Assembly: GCA_030248215.1 (NCBI GenBank)
Contig: JASANG010003765.1
Coordinates: forward strand, 62,001-126,000
DNA: 64,000 nt
Origin: Enoplolaimus lenunculus
Lineage: Eukaryota
Reading direction: 5' to 3'
Of this stretch, positions 1 to 12,586 are shown piece by piece; within the stretch, counting starts at the first letter, position 1; the number at the start of each line of letters is the position of its first letter. The position numbers and the translations under genes were made by a program. Under the pieces are notes generated by a model. The model was not told where the DNA came from. It ran no database searches and was given only the letters and a program-made list of their open reading frames with translations.

Positions 1-3000
1 GATGTATGAATTGTGTTTCATAACAAACGCATTGATTGCTTCGACAATCAACCTATTATCGTCAAAATTCTTCGACACTGGAACATCTTGTGCAATTGAA
101 AAAAGGCGACGCGCTACAATGTCGGGAATCGACGCCCGGCATCGCGTACCGTCAAATGCGTCGATAAGAATCACAAGAACTTTTAGTGCAAATTTTTCAA
201 CAGCTACCTATAATTCAAGTAAAATTATTGTTCTGTAAACATGGATGCATTAATAAAAACACACTAAAACATATTTAAGGTGGCAGGCTATAACTTAAAT
301 TTACTTTCAGCAAGAGTGTTTTTGAATGACGGGACCTTTGCCTTTTAACAACTACGATTTCCGCACATGCGACTAGCGTAAAACATTTATGCAGCAACAT
401 CAAAAGCTAAATCAAGCAGGAAATGAATAAAATTAAAATAATACTATATAATAATATGGGTAAATTCTTACATAAGCATAACACCTTTTGCAGAACACAG
501 GAAACTCAGCAGTGTTGGAAATGTACGAACCACACAAGCAACAGACCCGTTGATACACCAGAGATTCGTTGAATGATATTATATACGCGCAGATAGTATA
601 ATTTCCATCACATCCTTGTTGCACAACGGAAGCGCTAAAACAAAGGCAATCACGAAACTGGAAAAGTACGGAATCAGGACCTTCTAGGAATACAATGAAG
701 TTAGCTTACCTATTGATCTCGACAAGCTCAGTTCAACGGTACCACTGTTATGACTGCATGATTAACACCTCAAAACCTGGGTCCCCGAAATAATATTGCG
801 CAAAGACGGACAGATTTCAAAAGGAATTATCTATCATTCACATATTCGTAAAACATAAGCTATACTAAGTTTATTACTTTGTTTTTTAGAAAAAAGTTAA
901 AATTAAAAGAATGGCAACATTGAATTCAGCGCCTGAGATTTAAAAAAGCTAATTTTCATTAAATTCCTAAAAAAAGTCCATTTTCCGTACCTCCGCCACG
1001 AAACATACAAGGTAAAAATGGGCGTCTATTTTACATACACAAATCCATTGGTTTTTGATGAAACCAGGCAGACAATGACTGGGTTTCTGGGACATGATGC
1101 AAGTTGGATTATAATGAAATAAATTAGTATTTCAAACACGTTGTACAACTGTGACTAAAGTCAGCGGCTTTTAATAACAATTATAATTACCCAAATCGTG
1201 ATTGGTACATGAAACCTGTAATAATTTTGAGCTTCGAATGGTAACTTTGCAATAACAGGTTTACTAGAAATCACCAGGGGCCGAAAATTTATCGAAACCC
1301 TCCGCTTGCAAACATAAGTGTCTTCCGTGGTTTATATCCGAAATCGGTTTAAAATAAGAGGTCAATTTTAACCGAAAGAGTTTCTCTCGAGAAAATGAGC
1401 AGATAGTTTTCCTCACAGATCTATGTTAATAAATCAGTATAAAACCTGAAGTTTTTATTTCCTTCAAGCAAACCACCATTTTGCCACTTACCTCACTGAT
1501 AGCAGAGGTCGTTCCCATTTATCTGGAGTATTAAACGCGGATTGACATATTTCGTCAGAAATGCGGTTCGATCTATCTGCTATAACACTGTCACTCAAAT
1601 ATCCATCATTAACAGACACTGCAGTAATCGAATGAAGATTGGACGCCCGTTGTTCGCTATGGAACAACCTAGGCACCACTGAAGAGTGAAATCCTCCTAA
1701 ATTTTTGGAAGGGGTAATCAGTCCAGCCATTGCTGGTAAAATCCTTGCACGATCATCTCCAATATTTCTTTTACGCCTTCGAATCAATCGACTAAACTTC
1801 GGACTGGTAAATGTTTTTCGCTGTAATGGTCCTGTCTTTGATGCCGAGTTTTCGCTTTTGGATTTCGTTGTAAGTGTTTCAGAACTTGCGTTATCTTCAG
1901 AAATACTAGGCTGATCAATTTCGCTATCAGACGAAGTTTCGCTGACATCAATTTGAGCCAAATCTTCAGGCGGTTCATAAATCGGATGAATACATGATGT
2001 TCGCCCAAGCTTAAATGTTGAGCTACAAAATCGTACCTAAGCTCGATATCAGGAGACATGAAGCGACTGTATATTAACTTTACCGGATACCAAAGCAGTA
2101 TAGCAATTTTTTTTACCAGGACCGCATATTAAACGAATGTGTCGTCTATATTTGTGCACTGCTGGTAGTATCTGAGTCGTGCAAAAGCACGTTTTCACAT
2201 ATTTAAACTTAATTGTCAACCTGGATTTTTCATTTCGTTTCAGAGTCAAAAACTTAAGTTTTTCACAAGCCTCAAGCTACGTTTTGGCTAAGTTTTGCAC
2301 TGATAGGAGATCGGCCAAAACGATTTTAACTCTAGCCAGTAAAGGAACATCTAAAAACTATTACCTAAGAACCTAACTGTGATGAGAGAGCAAACTGATT
2401 AGTTTTTAAAAATTAACGTTACAATGTAAATATACAGTTAAAGTTAAGCTAAACATAACACAATCGGCTCAAAACTAACTAGCGCTCCACAACCACCTCA
2501 GTTTCTAATCCGTTATATCAGTTGCGAAACTCACCGTTAAAAACCGATTCAACTCTTCTTTAACGACCGCATTCAAAATCTCGACAAACGCCCAATTTAC
2601 TTCATCAAAGCGTTCAACATGATTTCCAGTCAAATAGACAGGAAGATGGCACAACGATGGATTCTGTGTTGTTTGATCCACCACAAAAAGTTCAACCCGA
2701 GGTGATATCTCGTCACGTAGAACTGAGCTTGAAATTATTTTGACACGCAGACAAACGTGTTCTCCGACAGATGCGCAATTATCAACATAGTCAACGGTTA
2801 CAAATCTGAACATTGGTGGCAGCGTTAAACAAGTTCGACTTATGAAACGCTGGGATGTGGTAGAAATTTGACCCGGCAACTCAATTTTCGCTTTATATTT
2901 GTTTTCCTGAAAGCTGTAGGTTTTATAAATAAAAAATATATACATAAGTATCTGCTATCTAAATTAATTTTTGACCTCAAGATAAAAACCTCAATAGCGT

Positions 3001-6000
3001 ATACTTGCAGCATCACTGGAATACGAGTAGTCAAGCTGCAATGTGAACAAACTGCAAAACAAAACAAAACATAACAGGGCTACGCCGTGAGTTGAACACG
3101 GGACCTCTCGCACCCTAAGCGAGAATCATACCACTAGACCACGTAGCCGTATATTGCACTATAATCAGCTGTAAATTTTCTGCAATATTGTATAAATCTT
3201 TTACCATGCAATTTCAATTTGAGCAGCAAGACCTAGGTATTATTATAAAATAAAACTTCAAAAAACAATTAATGCAACAGAAACTTTTCTGCATATAGAC
3301 ACACAAAATTATTATTTTAAACGTTAATGAACACATTGAAAAGACTTTTATAGTATATAAAAAGAGTTGAAAACATGGTAAACATTAGTGTACTAAAACC
3401 ATTCCACCAATAATTTAATAAAATATTACCAACCCGAATACACGAAAACCGTTTGTAATCAAGCTTTTTAGTCACAAACAAAGGATTCTTCAAAGTAACA
3501 GGTTCAAAAATCGGTAAATCTTTAACAGTGTCGACACAATCGGCTTCAAAATCAACCTCAAATAACCCAGTCTCGTCAACCAGAATTCCAACCGAATATA
3601 TGTTTGACAATTGGATTGGTCTCAAGCTGTGATTGGGATCTTCTTCAAAAATCTAAAACACTACGTACAGCAATATCAAATAGCTAAAACATAGTGACTA
3701 GAAATATGTTAAAGAAATGTCCCACTAGATCTTTTTAATTTTCGACTTTGTTCACATATAGGGCGGTCTTTCACATTGTAACAAAGTATTACAGACAGGG
3801 TGCAACCGGAATTCAGGTTCCGGCATTTTTTCACATTCCGATTCCGATATATTTTTTACCAAAATTAAAAATTCCGGTATTGCACTTTGGTCGGAGGAAA
3901 TTGATATTTTACTAAAACAGCATAAAAATTAAATAGATTTCATTAGTATAGTATATAAACCTTTAAAAGAAAATTAAAATGAATTTTTGGTGCCATGTAT
4001 TCTTCATTTTCCGGTTATGGTTCCGGTTATTCTTCCCAATTCCGGTTCCGGTAAAATGCAATTCCGATTACATCCTGATTACAGAGTAAACAAATGAGTA
4101 ATACTAATGATTGAGTCACAATACTGTATGGTCCGCACAACGTTATTTCATTATCCGTTAATTTAACTAATGAAAACTAACTACAATTACAATGAAATGA
4201 ACTTGGAGACAAATATTTCAAAAACTTTATAGCAAGGAGCGTATGATTTTCCCATTTCAAAGCAGATCAGAAAATATACCGTATTATACAAAAGTCCTTC
4301 TATTTTCTTCACGTCAGTTTTGCTATCCCCGTACTTGGCAAGATATGCAAGAGTGCCTTTTTGGAGCCTGTTCGCTTGTTTTTCTGTCCGCACCTGAAAG
4401 TAAGGCAAATTTCCAATTTTAATACATATTCATATATATTACTCGAAAGCCGGATAGGTAAGGTTGGTCGGATGGTTTTTAAATGAAATAAACGGTTTCA
4501 TAACGTTTTTCTAAAAACCCACTGAAGTTAAAAAAGCCCCAGAAAAGCACTCGGAGAAACTACAAAAATACGCCAAGCTTTCGCTCGCTTCGGTCGCATG
4601 CAAGACATCGTTGACTATTCTGCTTTTGTCTTGATCAGTTTCCTACTATGGATGCGATGAATGGCTTAGTGAACCAAAAAGCTGTAAGCAGAAATTTTGC
4701 TTGACTTCCCGCTCGCTTCACTCATGAGCTTGAAATCATTATTATAGATTGCGCTTACGTCAATTCACGACGGAAACTGCTGAATATAAAACTGGCATAA
4801 GCATGACGAGTAGGCTGGGTTTATGTACCAGCTGCTGCGTCCCATCGTTCAAATGTTTCTGGATAAAAATTTACTAAAATCTAACTTTCAACAAAAATTT
4901 ACACAGTATTTTTCTACCTTCATTGTCTTGAGAGCGTGGCTAATATTTATTTCTTGTACTAGCCCGAACCGCAAGTCAAAAAAATTGCCGTTTGTTTTAA
5001 CTTTTTTGACCTTATTTGAAAACTTACAATTTTTCAGAAAAAACCAGTCAAATTTAAAAAAACCCACGAAAGACGCACTTCGAATTTTGAAAAACAATAG
5101 GTTTCTTATATCGTTCGTAGCCAACACACCAATTCAGCCTTGTCGCAGATATAGATACCCACAAAAACAATTCACTTAGCGGTTAGTTTCTACAACGCTG
5201 ACCTGTTATATACGACCTGTACCCAATGAAATTTCTAGTTTTCATATTTATAAAAGAAAAAGACCATTATATTCACATGGGATGAACTAACGAAGAGAAA
5301 AATGTTTACGCAAGCGATGATAGACGGCTAGAAATAATACAAAACAACTAACGAAACAAAAAGAAAAAAATCACCATCTATAAAACGTAGTATTAGCCAA
5401 TATGGTGTCGTTGCTTTGGCGGCTCGCCAATGTGGAAATGCTTGTCGTGACTCGCGGTTAGTCCTACAGGTTGAAGGCCTGAATTGGTTCTGTGGCTATG
5501 CCATATATACAGAAACACATTAAAGCGCAACAGGTAGCATATCATTATAATTTGCATTTTTGTTAGCGCAACAAGCAGTATCAAATTTGACTCAGTAATC
5601 TTCAAAAAGTGTATACCTTCTCGTTTAGTTTCCGCTTCGGTTTCACCGTATGAAATTCGTCTGAATCATTACTGACCAACTGGCTTCCTTCTTTAGCAAT
5701 ATCAGATCGTGTTTCCTGTTCACAGGGACTAAGACTATTTCGTTTTCTCTGCCGAACACGATCCAGAGCGTTCAGTGATCGCTTCCAAGGTGTATATTTT
5801 TCAACCTCAGTTCGTTTCGCAATCCTTGCGGACAGCTTTCTGCTGTTGTATTCATCATGATAATCTGACATCAAAGTTGCACTCGATGTTGACGGCTGCT
5901 GTCCGTCATTTGCACAAGTAGCTTCACTAAAATAGAATACTATACGTTTTATCTTTTAAAACAATAGTACCACTGAGATTTTAGTAACTAAAATATATAC

Positions 6001-9000
6001 ATGTTACTAAAGCTCTCTATAAACCGAATATTGTAGTACAGAAAATGTAAAACTGATATTAACATTGGTTTAATAATAAAATAATACAACTAACGTACTT
6101 AAATTTCTCACAGTGTTTGCGCGATAACGGTGAACTTGAAAGAACTTCTTGGCTTGCCGCATTATTGCTATGGCTCCCGTCAACGCCCTGTCGATTGTTT
6201 TCTGAGCTGTCAGGACTGCTAAAGTAACACTACTAACCTATTTCAAAAAGGTCCGTCTAAACGGTCAAACGAAAAACTTTATATAAGAAATTATACTCAG
6301 CGAACACGAAATGTGTAATAGATAGTTATTTTACTTAACAACTACTATTCAACTTTTGGCTGTATCTACGCATTGGTCGACAGTAATATAGAATTTGAGC
6401 TGTTTGTGCTGTGTGGCACATACTTTTACTAAAAATTAATGCGCTAACAGTTTATATATAAGATCCGGCCAAAGAAAACAACAAAGTTGTATGAAAATTT
6501 TTCATAAAACAGTACGAACTACGATGACATTGCTTCTAAAATGCTTATAGCAAATTTCCGACATGACATTAACAGAAACCTAAGAACAACCTACCTTGCA
6601 ACAATTTTTTCTACCTTGCTCAAATTGATATTGGCATCACTGTTTGCACTCGTGCCGCATGTAACATTACCGCAATCAGCCTGATGATTGTTTTCGCTGA
6701 TAACCTGTTTATCGAATTCTTCCTGACATTGACTCGTTGGCTCCGTTGTATTTCTGCTCAACGAAGTAAGATGATCTAAAGTGCCATTGTCTACATCAAC
6801 AATTACCGCTCCTTTATCAAGGACAATTGAAATTGGTCGTAGCATTTCATCAAAAGATGTGCAATCTTGCTGTTCCACTTTTTTAAAGGACGGTGTACGA
6901 CGAGGAGACAACGAATCGGAAAAAGGTTGCTCATAGGATATATCGTTTGATGTTAACGTTCCTGATATAATTTTTTTGACACTTACATTATGATTTAGTT
7001 TCTCTGCAATATTTTCACGACTCGGTCCAGCCGCTTCGGGTGTGGAGCGAGAACTGTGCGCGTACTGGTTCAGACCAAACTCAGTTATAGTCGGCACACT
7101 TTCGGTTTCCGGAGAAGTTTCTGCATTGGAATTCTGTGCACTTTTATCAGTTTTACTTGAAAATGTGTTCTTAGCACTCGAATTTACGTCTGGGCAGTTA
7201 TTAATATTCTTCTGCACAGCTAAACTCTGCATATTATTACTAGATTCACTTTCGCCATTTATAACTGTCCTATCGGTTGACTTTGTAAATACTGCCATAT
7301 CGCGAGTATTCTCGTCATCAGTATCAAGCAAAACTCGACGTAGTTTGCGGGATTTGTTGTATTGGGATTCAATACATTTTTCACTATTGTTGCCGCACAT
7401 GGATCCATCTGACGAACTTGAAAGCCGGTAGTGCTTGCGCGATGTCTTAAACATATAGACAGCAATTTACACTAGTGTTGGTCCTGGGACGCCCGGCTCC
7501 GACACCGGGCACAGAAGGTGCCAGGGCCCGGTTTATGCAGTGTCGTCGACAAAACCAGATGTATAAAAGCTGGAATATACTAATTGACGCTGTTCATACT
7601 TAGCTTTGGGTTGGACTTGAAATTATTGCTTATACTTGTCTCAGTTTAAGATTCAGTCTGAATCAATCTAATCTGGAAACTTCTGCACGACTTACAACAG
7701 TAGACACAAGATAGCGAACATCCTTTGTTATTACATACGTACATTAATTCAAAGTATAAGATCTTTAAAATTCGTTTGTATGCGTCAGTGGCGTTTTAAA
7801 ATTAATTTGACAAACCGACTGACAATACGTTTCGAACGCTTAAAATAAAGCACTACAGTGAACTAAACGACTTAATTTCGGCAACAACATTCATTGCCTT
7901 TCAGCGTCACATATATACCTATCTAATACAATTGCCCCGGGGCTAGGATTTTTTATCAGGGCCGGGGCCCAAAGCGCCGGAGCCGGTACCAATCGGTGCC
8001 AAACTAGAACACTTAAATGTAACTATCAACATTAGCCATTTTAGACTTGTAACAAATTCCAATGCCGCAATATCGCAGATAGTTTTGTTCAAGAATTCAC
8101 TAACACAGAAATTGTATGCGCAAACATTATAACGGTTCTATGTTTTGTACTCTGGGGTCAAAAGGTGGATGTCCGTCCGTCCGTCTGAAAAGAATCTCAA
8201 GAACGGCCGAACCGATTTTGATAAACTTTTTTGTTTGAAAGCCAATTATTCTGGGGTGTTAATCTCGCAATGAGGTTTTAAATTTTTAAGCCGTTTATTA
8301 GCTACTGGCTAACTTGCATAATTAGTTAAGCCTAAATTATGAGTTCCTACATTACTTCACCAATTATTACAGTTATATGCAATCTAATTTCAACATTAAA
8401 GGGTATTGGGTGCAAGAAATCTGAATAGATTGTATACAAACGTCCAAAACCGATAATTGAGTGGTTAGCTAATAGATAATTTGCATATTAACATACCTTA
8501 TACGCCTAAATTAGGAGTTTTTGCAATATTTCACTAATTATTAAGGTTAACATCAATCCAATTTCAGCACGAAAGGGTTTTAGCTGCGCGAAAATTGAAT
8601 AAATTGTTTGCAAACCTCCTAAACCGACAATTGAATGGTTAGCTAATAGCTAATTTGCATACTAGCTTAATTGACAAGACAAAATTAGGACTTTTAACAT
8701 TATTTCAATAATTATTACGGTGACTGAAGGGTTTTTGGGTGCGATGAATCTGAATAAATTGTTTCCAAACCTCCAAAACCAACAAACGAGTAGTTGGCTA
8801 ATAGATAATTTGCATATCAGCATAGTTAATAAGCCTAAATTAGGTGTTTTTTACAATATTTCACTAATTATTAGGGTTACAAGCAATCTAATTTCAGCAA
8901 TAATGGGTTTTTGGGTGCGAGAAATCTAAATAAATTGTCTAGAAACCCTCAAAACCGATAACCGAACAGTTAGCTAATACCTAATTTGCACATTAGCTTA

Positions 9001-10817
9001 ATTGACAAGACAAAATTAGGAATTTTTAAATTATTTCAGTAATTATTAGGGTGACTGGAGGGTTTTTGGTTGCGCGGAATCTTAATAAATTATTTACAAA
9101 GCTCCAAAACCGACAAATGAATAGTTAGGTAATAACTAATTCGCTACATATAACGTTAATTGCTTACGTGTGTTTGAGCTTCGCTCAATAAATGTAGTCC
9201 CACTACGACTGGTACATTATTCGGAACAAGTTCCGATTCCTTCCCGTTTCCGATAAGAACTTCAGCTGGAACCGAAAACGAAGTTTTGACTGTTTGCATT
9301 CATTCATTGTTGTTATTTCGCATGAAGACTTAATTAACACCATAACGTTTGGAAAGTAAATACCTTTATCTGCTGAGTTGTCTCGCTACTATCAGTATCG
9401 TTACTGCTCTCTGATTCAGATGGACTTGAATTTTCACCTTCGCATTGCCGTTTTCGCTGTTTGGCGTTGCTGTTCGAAATTTTTTTCTTTTTCGTCAAAT
9501 GACTAGTTGAAATAGATTTATGTGGTCGTCTATTTGGTTTCTTGTAATATTTTCGTTTATGAGCTTCGACACTGGAGCTGGTACTGCTTGCGCCTGACCG
9601 ACCATTTTCAACACTTGATGTTACAGAATCAGAGCTAAGTGGTCCATCATCAATAAAATCTTCATCGCAGGAATCAGAAAGTGGTGCTACTTTTTCAGAG
9701 TTGTAGGTATTTGCACTTAAATTTAAGACACAAGATCAAAAGAGTAACCTACGTACTTATTGCTACTGACTTGGCGGCACAAATCACAAAAGTATATGCA
9801 TAATATGTATATCCGGTATGTGTATATAAAGTTAGCACACAAGCGTTGGTACGGATATATTTCAACATAACCGTAATGACAGCATTAGCATAGGTGATGC
9901 AAGGTGACTGGTCCTACTTTTTTCACAGCTGCTGGTCCGGCGGAATTTGTGGCTAAAATTTCAACATCAAGGCGTCAATTTGACCGAGGCCTGGCTACCG
10001 TGACAGGATATGAAAAGTCTCGGTCTCGTTAGATCAATTTTCGGTCAATTTTCGGTCATTACCGAAAAAGAATTAAAATTTTCAAAATATATAAATGGTT
10101 TCTAATGGATTTTCCGTAGTTTTTTCTATTTTCCATAGTTTTTGTGCTTTTCAAAGCATCTGCTTATAATTATTGCGTAACTGAGAATTTATAGATTCAG
10201 TGCGAAATTTTACTCATCAGGCCAGTTACTTCAACAATACAGCCATACATTTGCTGAATCCTCGAGTTCAGGTCACGGTGCCAAACCACCGAGACTCAAA
10301 AAACCAAGAACGAGACCTGCCAAATACAGATTCTTGCCGAGCCCGAGATTCCTATTCCTGCGTGTAGCTGCCAACCAGTCATCAGTAGAGCATGCTTTAT
10401 ATGTACAGAGCTAGAGATGGAAGCATTTCCTGATCTAACGCGCTTGGCTGTGATAAGAATTGTATATATACCACTGGAAGTCCCACGTGTTTTTGGGGAT
10501 GGGGGCAGGTTTTTACATTATATTTTTATGATGTTTGTTCATGTATGGAGGAGGCGCCCGCCACCCCTGCGACCGCCCGATATTTATTTATACTTGTAAT
10601 AATGTGTAAACACTTACCTAGCAACGTAGTCATTTTTTCCCCTCGGTTTAGCTCTTCGAAGTACTGTATCGGAAACTCGGTCATCATAATCAGCGTTGGA
10701 TTCAATACAATCAAATAACCTTCTCCGAAGCGGGTTATCAGAAATTGCAGTTTTCGAACCTGGACTTAGCTGTGTTGATGAATTTTCCTTAAGACGGCTT
10801 GATTGACGAGTACGCAT
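1..10817 (-). CDS. Large multi-exon protein: low-complexity N-terminus plus OB-fold-like C-terminal region with zinc ribbon (CTC1/POT1/RPA1-C/SPIDR-like); runs off the window edge
   Basis: Phase-consistent GT-AG exon chain 10817-10618, 9715-9364, 7445-6595, 6218-6099, 5926-5617 (611 codons, S/N/K/E-rich), continuing in phase into 5495-5375. Further exon-like ORFs near 4393-4190, 3652-3430 (GILVDETGLFEVDF), 2910-2530, 1990-1490, ~634-472 (YTICAYIISFNESLVYQRVCCLCGS...FCKRCYAY) and 207-1 (VAVEKFALKVLVILIDAFDGTRCRASIPDIVARRLFSI). Junctions between 5375 and 634 not fully resolved; could be two genes. Confidence 0.6.
3077..3148 (-). tRNA. tRNA-Pro(AGG), intronic
   Basis: GGCTACGTGGTCTAGTGGTATGATTCTCGCTTAGGGTGCGAGAGGTCCCGTGTTCAACTCACGGCGTAGCCC: 72 nt, perfectly paired acceptor (GGCTACG/CGTAGCC) and T stems, AGG anticodon, TTTT terminator just downstream. 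Confidence 0.95.
3796..4077. mobile_element. hAT-type MITE (CAGGGTGCAACCGGA family)
   Basis: TIRs CAGGGTGCAACCGGA / TCCGATTACATCCTG; perfect 8-bp TSD ATTACAGA at 3788-3795 and 4078-4085. Confidence 0.85.
8112..9190 (+). mobile_element. Helentron/DINE-1(HINE)-like non-autonomous element with internal ~155-175-bp tandem repeats
   Basis: 5' subterminal IR GCGCAAACA (8118-8126) matches TGTTTGAGC (9171-9179), which overlaps the 3' hairpin TTGAGC-TTC-GCTCAA; (GTCC)n microsatellite and ATCTCAAGAACGGCCGAACCGATTTTGATAAAC block near the 5' end; about 5 tandem units 8305-9150. Confidence 0.65.
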
Positions 10818-10986
10818 GACTGAACTATGAACCACGTTATATATACGTACCTGCAGTGATTGTATACGGTTTAAGGTTGGGAAACAGGAAAATAAAATCA
10901 AAATTTATATACGTACATGACGGTAGTAATTGCACAGTTTTCGCGACATCTGATTATCTAATATCTACGTATATCTACGTACATAG

Positions 10987-11353
10987 CAGGGTGCAATCAG
11001 AAATCGGCCGGATATTCGGTTGTTTTTTACATTTGTAAAATAAATGCTTCCAACAGTGCACAAATTTAGATGCAATATCCGGTTGATATCCGGCTTCGTT
11101 TCGGTTCTAGTACAAAATTCGCCATCCGGCTCCGGTTCCGGTATTCAGCAGGCTGACACCGAACCCGCGATTTGACCGAATCCGAATTCATTGCTAATCT
11201 GCCGATTCCGAATTCTGCATATTGCAAATCTCAGATATATTTATAATTCGTTTCAGAATATCAATGCAATGCCGAACATATTCGGCTCTTTCACAACCGA
11301 ATCCGAAAAGCACATTTTGCCGAATCGGAATCCGAATTATTGTTAGCACCCTG
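10987..11353. mobile_element. hAT-type MITE, CAGGGTGC family, degenerate
   Basis: Ends CAGGGTGC / GCACCCTG; internal CCGGTTCCGG/CCGAATCCGA motifs as in the 3796 copy; TSD only partly preserved. Confidence 0.6.
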
Positions 11354-11779
11354 GTATTCAGTAAATTTACTTCCGGTTGAACATCGCCGACATTTGTCAC
11401 TATCTGTAACCGGTAATCAGAATTTCATCTAAAACTGTTGTTTATCTCTAATACAATAGCACGAGAGATAACAGCTTCCCTGATCAGACGAACCGATGTA
11501 TATACCAAACAAGTGAAATTGATGGCATTCCAACTGACTATTATGTGCAAAAAGTACCGGCAAAGAATCGGAAACTTTGTTGCAGTGCCGATGACGATAC
11601 TCATAAAAATGTGCCGATTATTACCGATTTTGTTGCCGATTAACTGGCACATCGTTAGTCCTTACAAGACTAACGTAAAACTTCAGTTTTTGAAGCCGTT
11701 CCTAGTTAAGAGTTCGTAATCCAAGCCCAAGTAAATCTACGTACATAGGTATTTCGAGAGTCTTGTGTCTCAAAAGTAT

Positions 11780-12460
11780 TTGGCAGCGTGGTGTAATGGG
11801 GAGCCAGCTTGACTCGCAAGCAATAGGTCCGACGTCCGATTTCCGGCGTGGCCATATGTTTTGGAAAAGTTAGGGAAATAAGCCAACTATATTCGCAGTA
11901 CGTAGGAGAAAGGGATGTTGGTATGCGTAGTGTAGCATATGTATGTGCATAGTGTTTATAATGTAAAACACATACGTACACGAGCACATATAGCATTAGA
12001 GAAATTATAACATCGGCCGTTTTGTAATGGGTGGCGCGCATCGCTGGCGAGCGATAGGTCCGAGGTTCGACTCCGGCGTGGCCATATATTTCGGAGAAAT
12101 TAAGAAGAAAACCAAGTATATTCGCAGTACTTCGAGAAAAAGGGTCTTCCAACCGTGCAGTTTTGACACAGGTCTCACCGAGATTTGACGCTGTATATAG
12201 CAAGCCCATGGATCCGAAGAAGTTTGGATTCGCCGCCCGGGATGACCGCCTGAAGAAGAGGGAATGTTGGTATGTGCGGTGTAGCATATGTATGTGCATT
12301 GTGTGTAATGTAAAACACATACATACACGTGCACGAATACCGTAAGAGAAAATTCAGTATCGGCCGCGTGGTTTAATGGGTAGCGAGTTTGACTCGCGAG
12401 CGATTAAGGAGAAAAACCAGTTATATTCGCAGTACGTCGAGGAAAGGGGTCGTCACAGTC
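11780..12460 (+). repeat. Tandem repeat with three tRNA-like (A-box/B-box) modules
   Basis: Modules at ~11782, ~12014 and ~12362 (approximate consensus GGCCGCGTGGTGTAATGGGTAGCG..TTGACTCGCRAGCRATAGGTCCGAGGTTCGACTCCGGCGTGGCCA; third truncated), separated by homologous spacers (TATTCGCAGTAC...GTTGGTATG...GTAGCATATGTATGTGCAT). Confidence 0.7.
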
Positions 12461-12514
12461 AGTCTAGATTGGAACTAAGGGATATCAGACCTTTTACTAA
12501 GCAGCTGGAAAAGC

Positions 12515-12586
12515 GGGCTAGAGCGGGGATCGAACTCTCAGCCTATGGATCCTTAAGCGAGCACTCTACCACTGCGCCACGTAGCC
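12515..12586 (-). pseudogene. tRNA-Pro-derived pseudogene / tRNA-like element
   Basis: GGCTACGTGGCGCAGTGGTAGAGTGCTCGCTTAAGGATCCATAGGCTGAGAGTTCGATCCCCGCTCTAGCCC followed by GCTTTT; aligns to the 3077-3148 tRNA-Pro, keeps A and B boxes, anticodon and T stems broken. Confidence 0.65.

Noticed and set aside
9168..9289. Possible exon using the Helentron-like hairpin and a GTAAGC donor (exonisation)
   Set aside because: Its open frame needs a phase-1 entry, but the upstream exon ends in phase 0 and splices cleanly to 7445.
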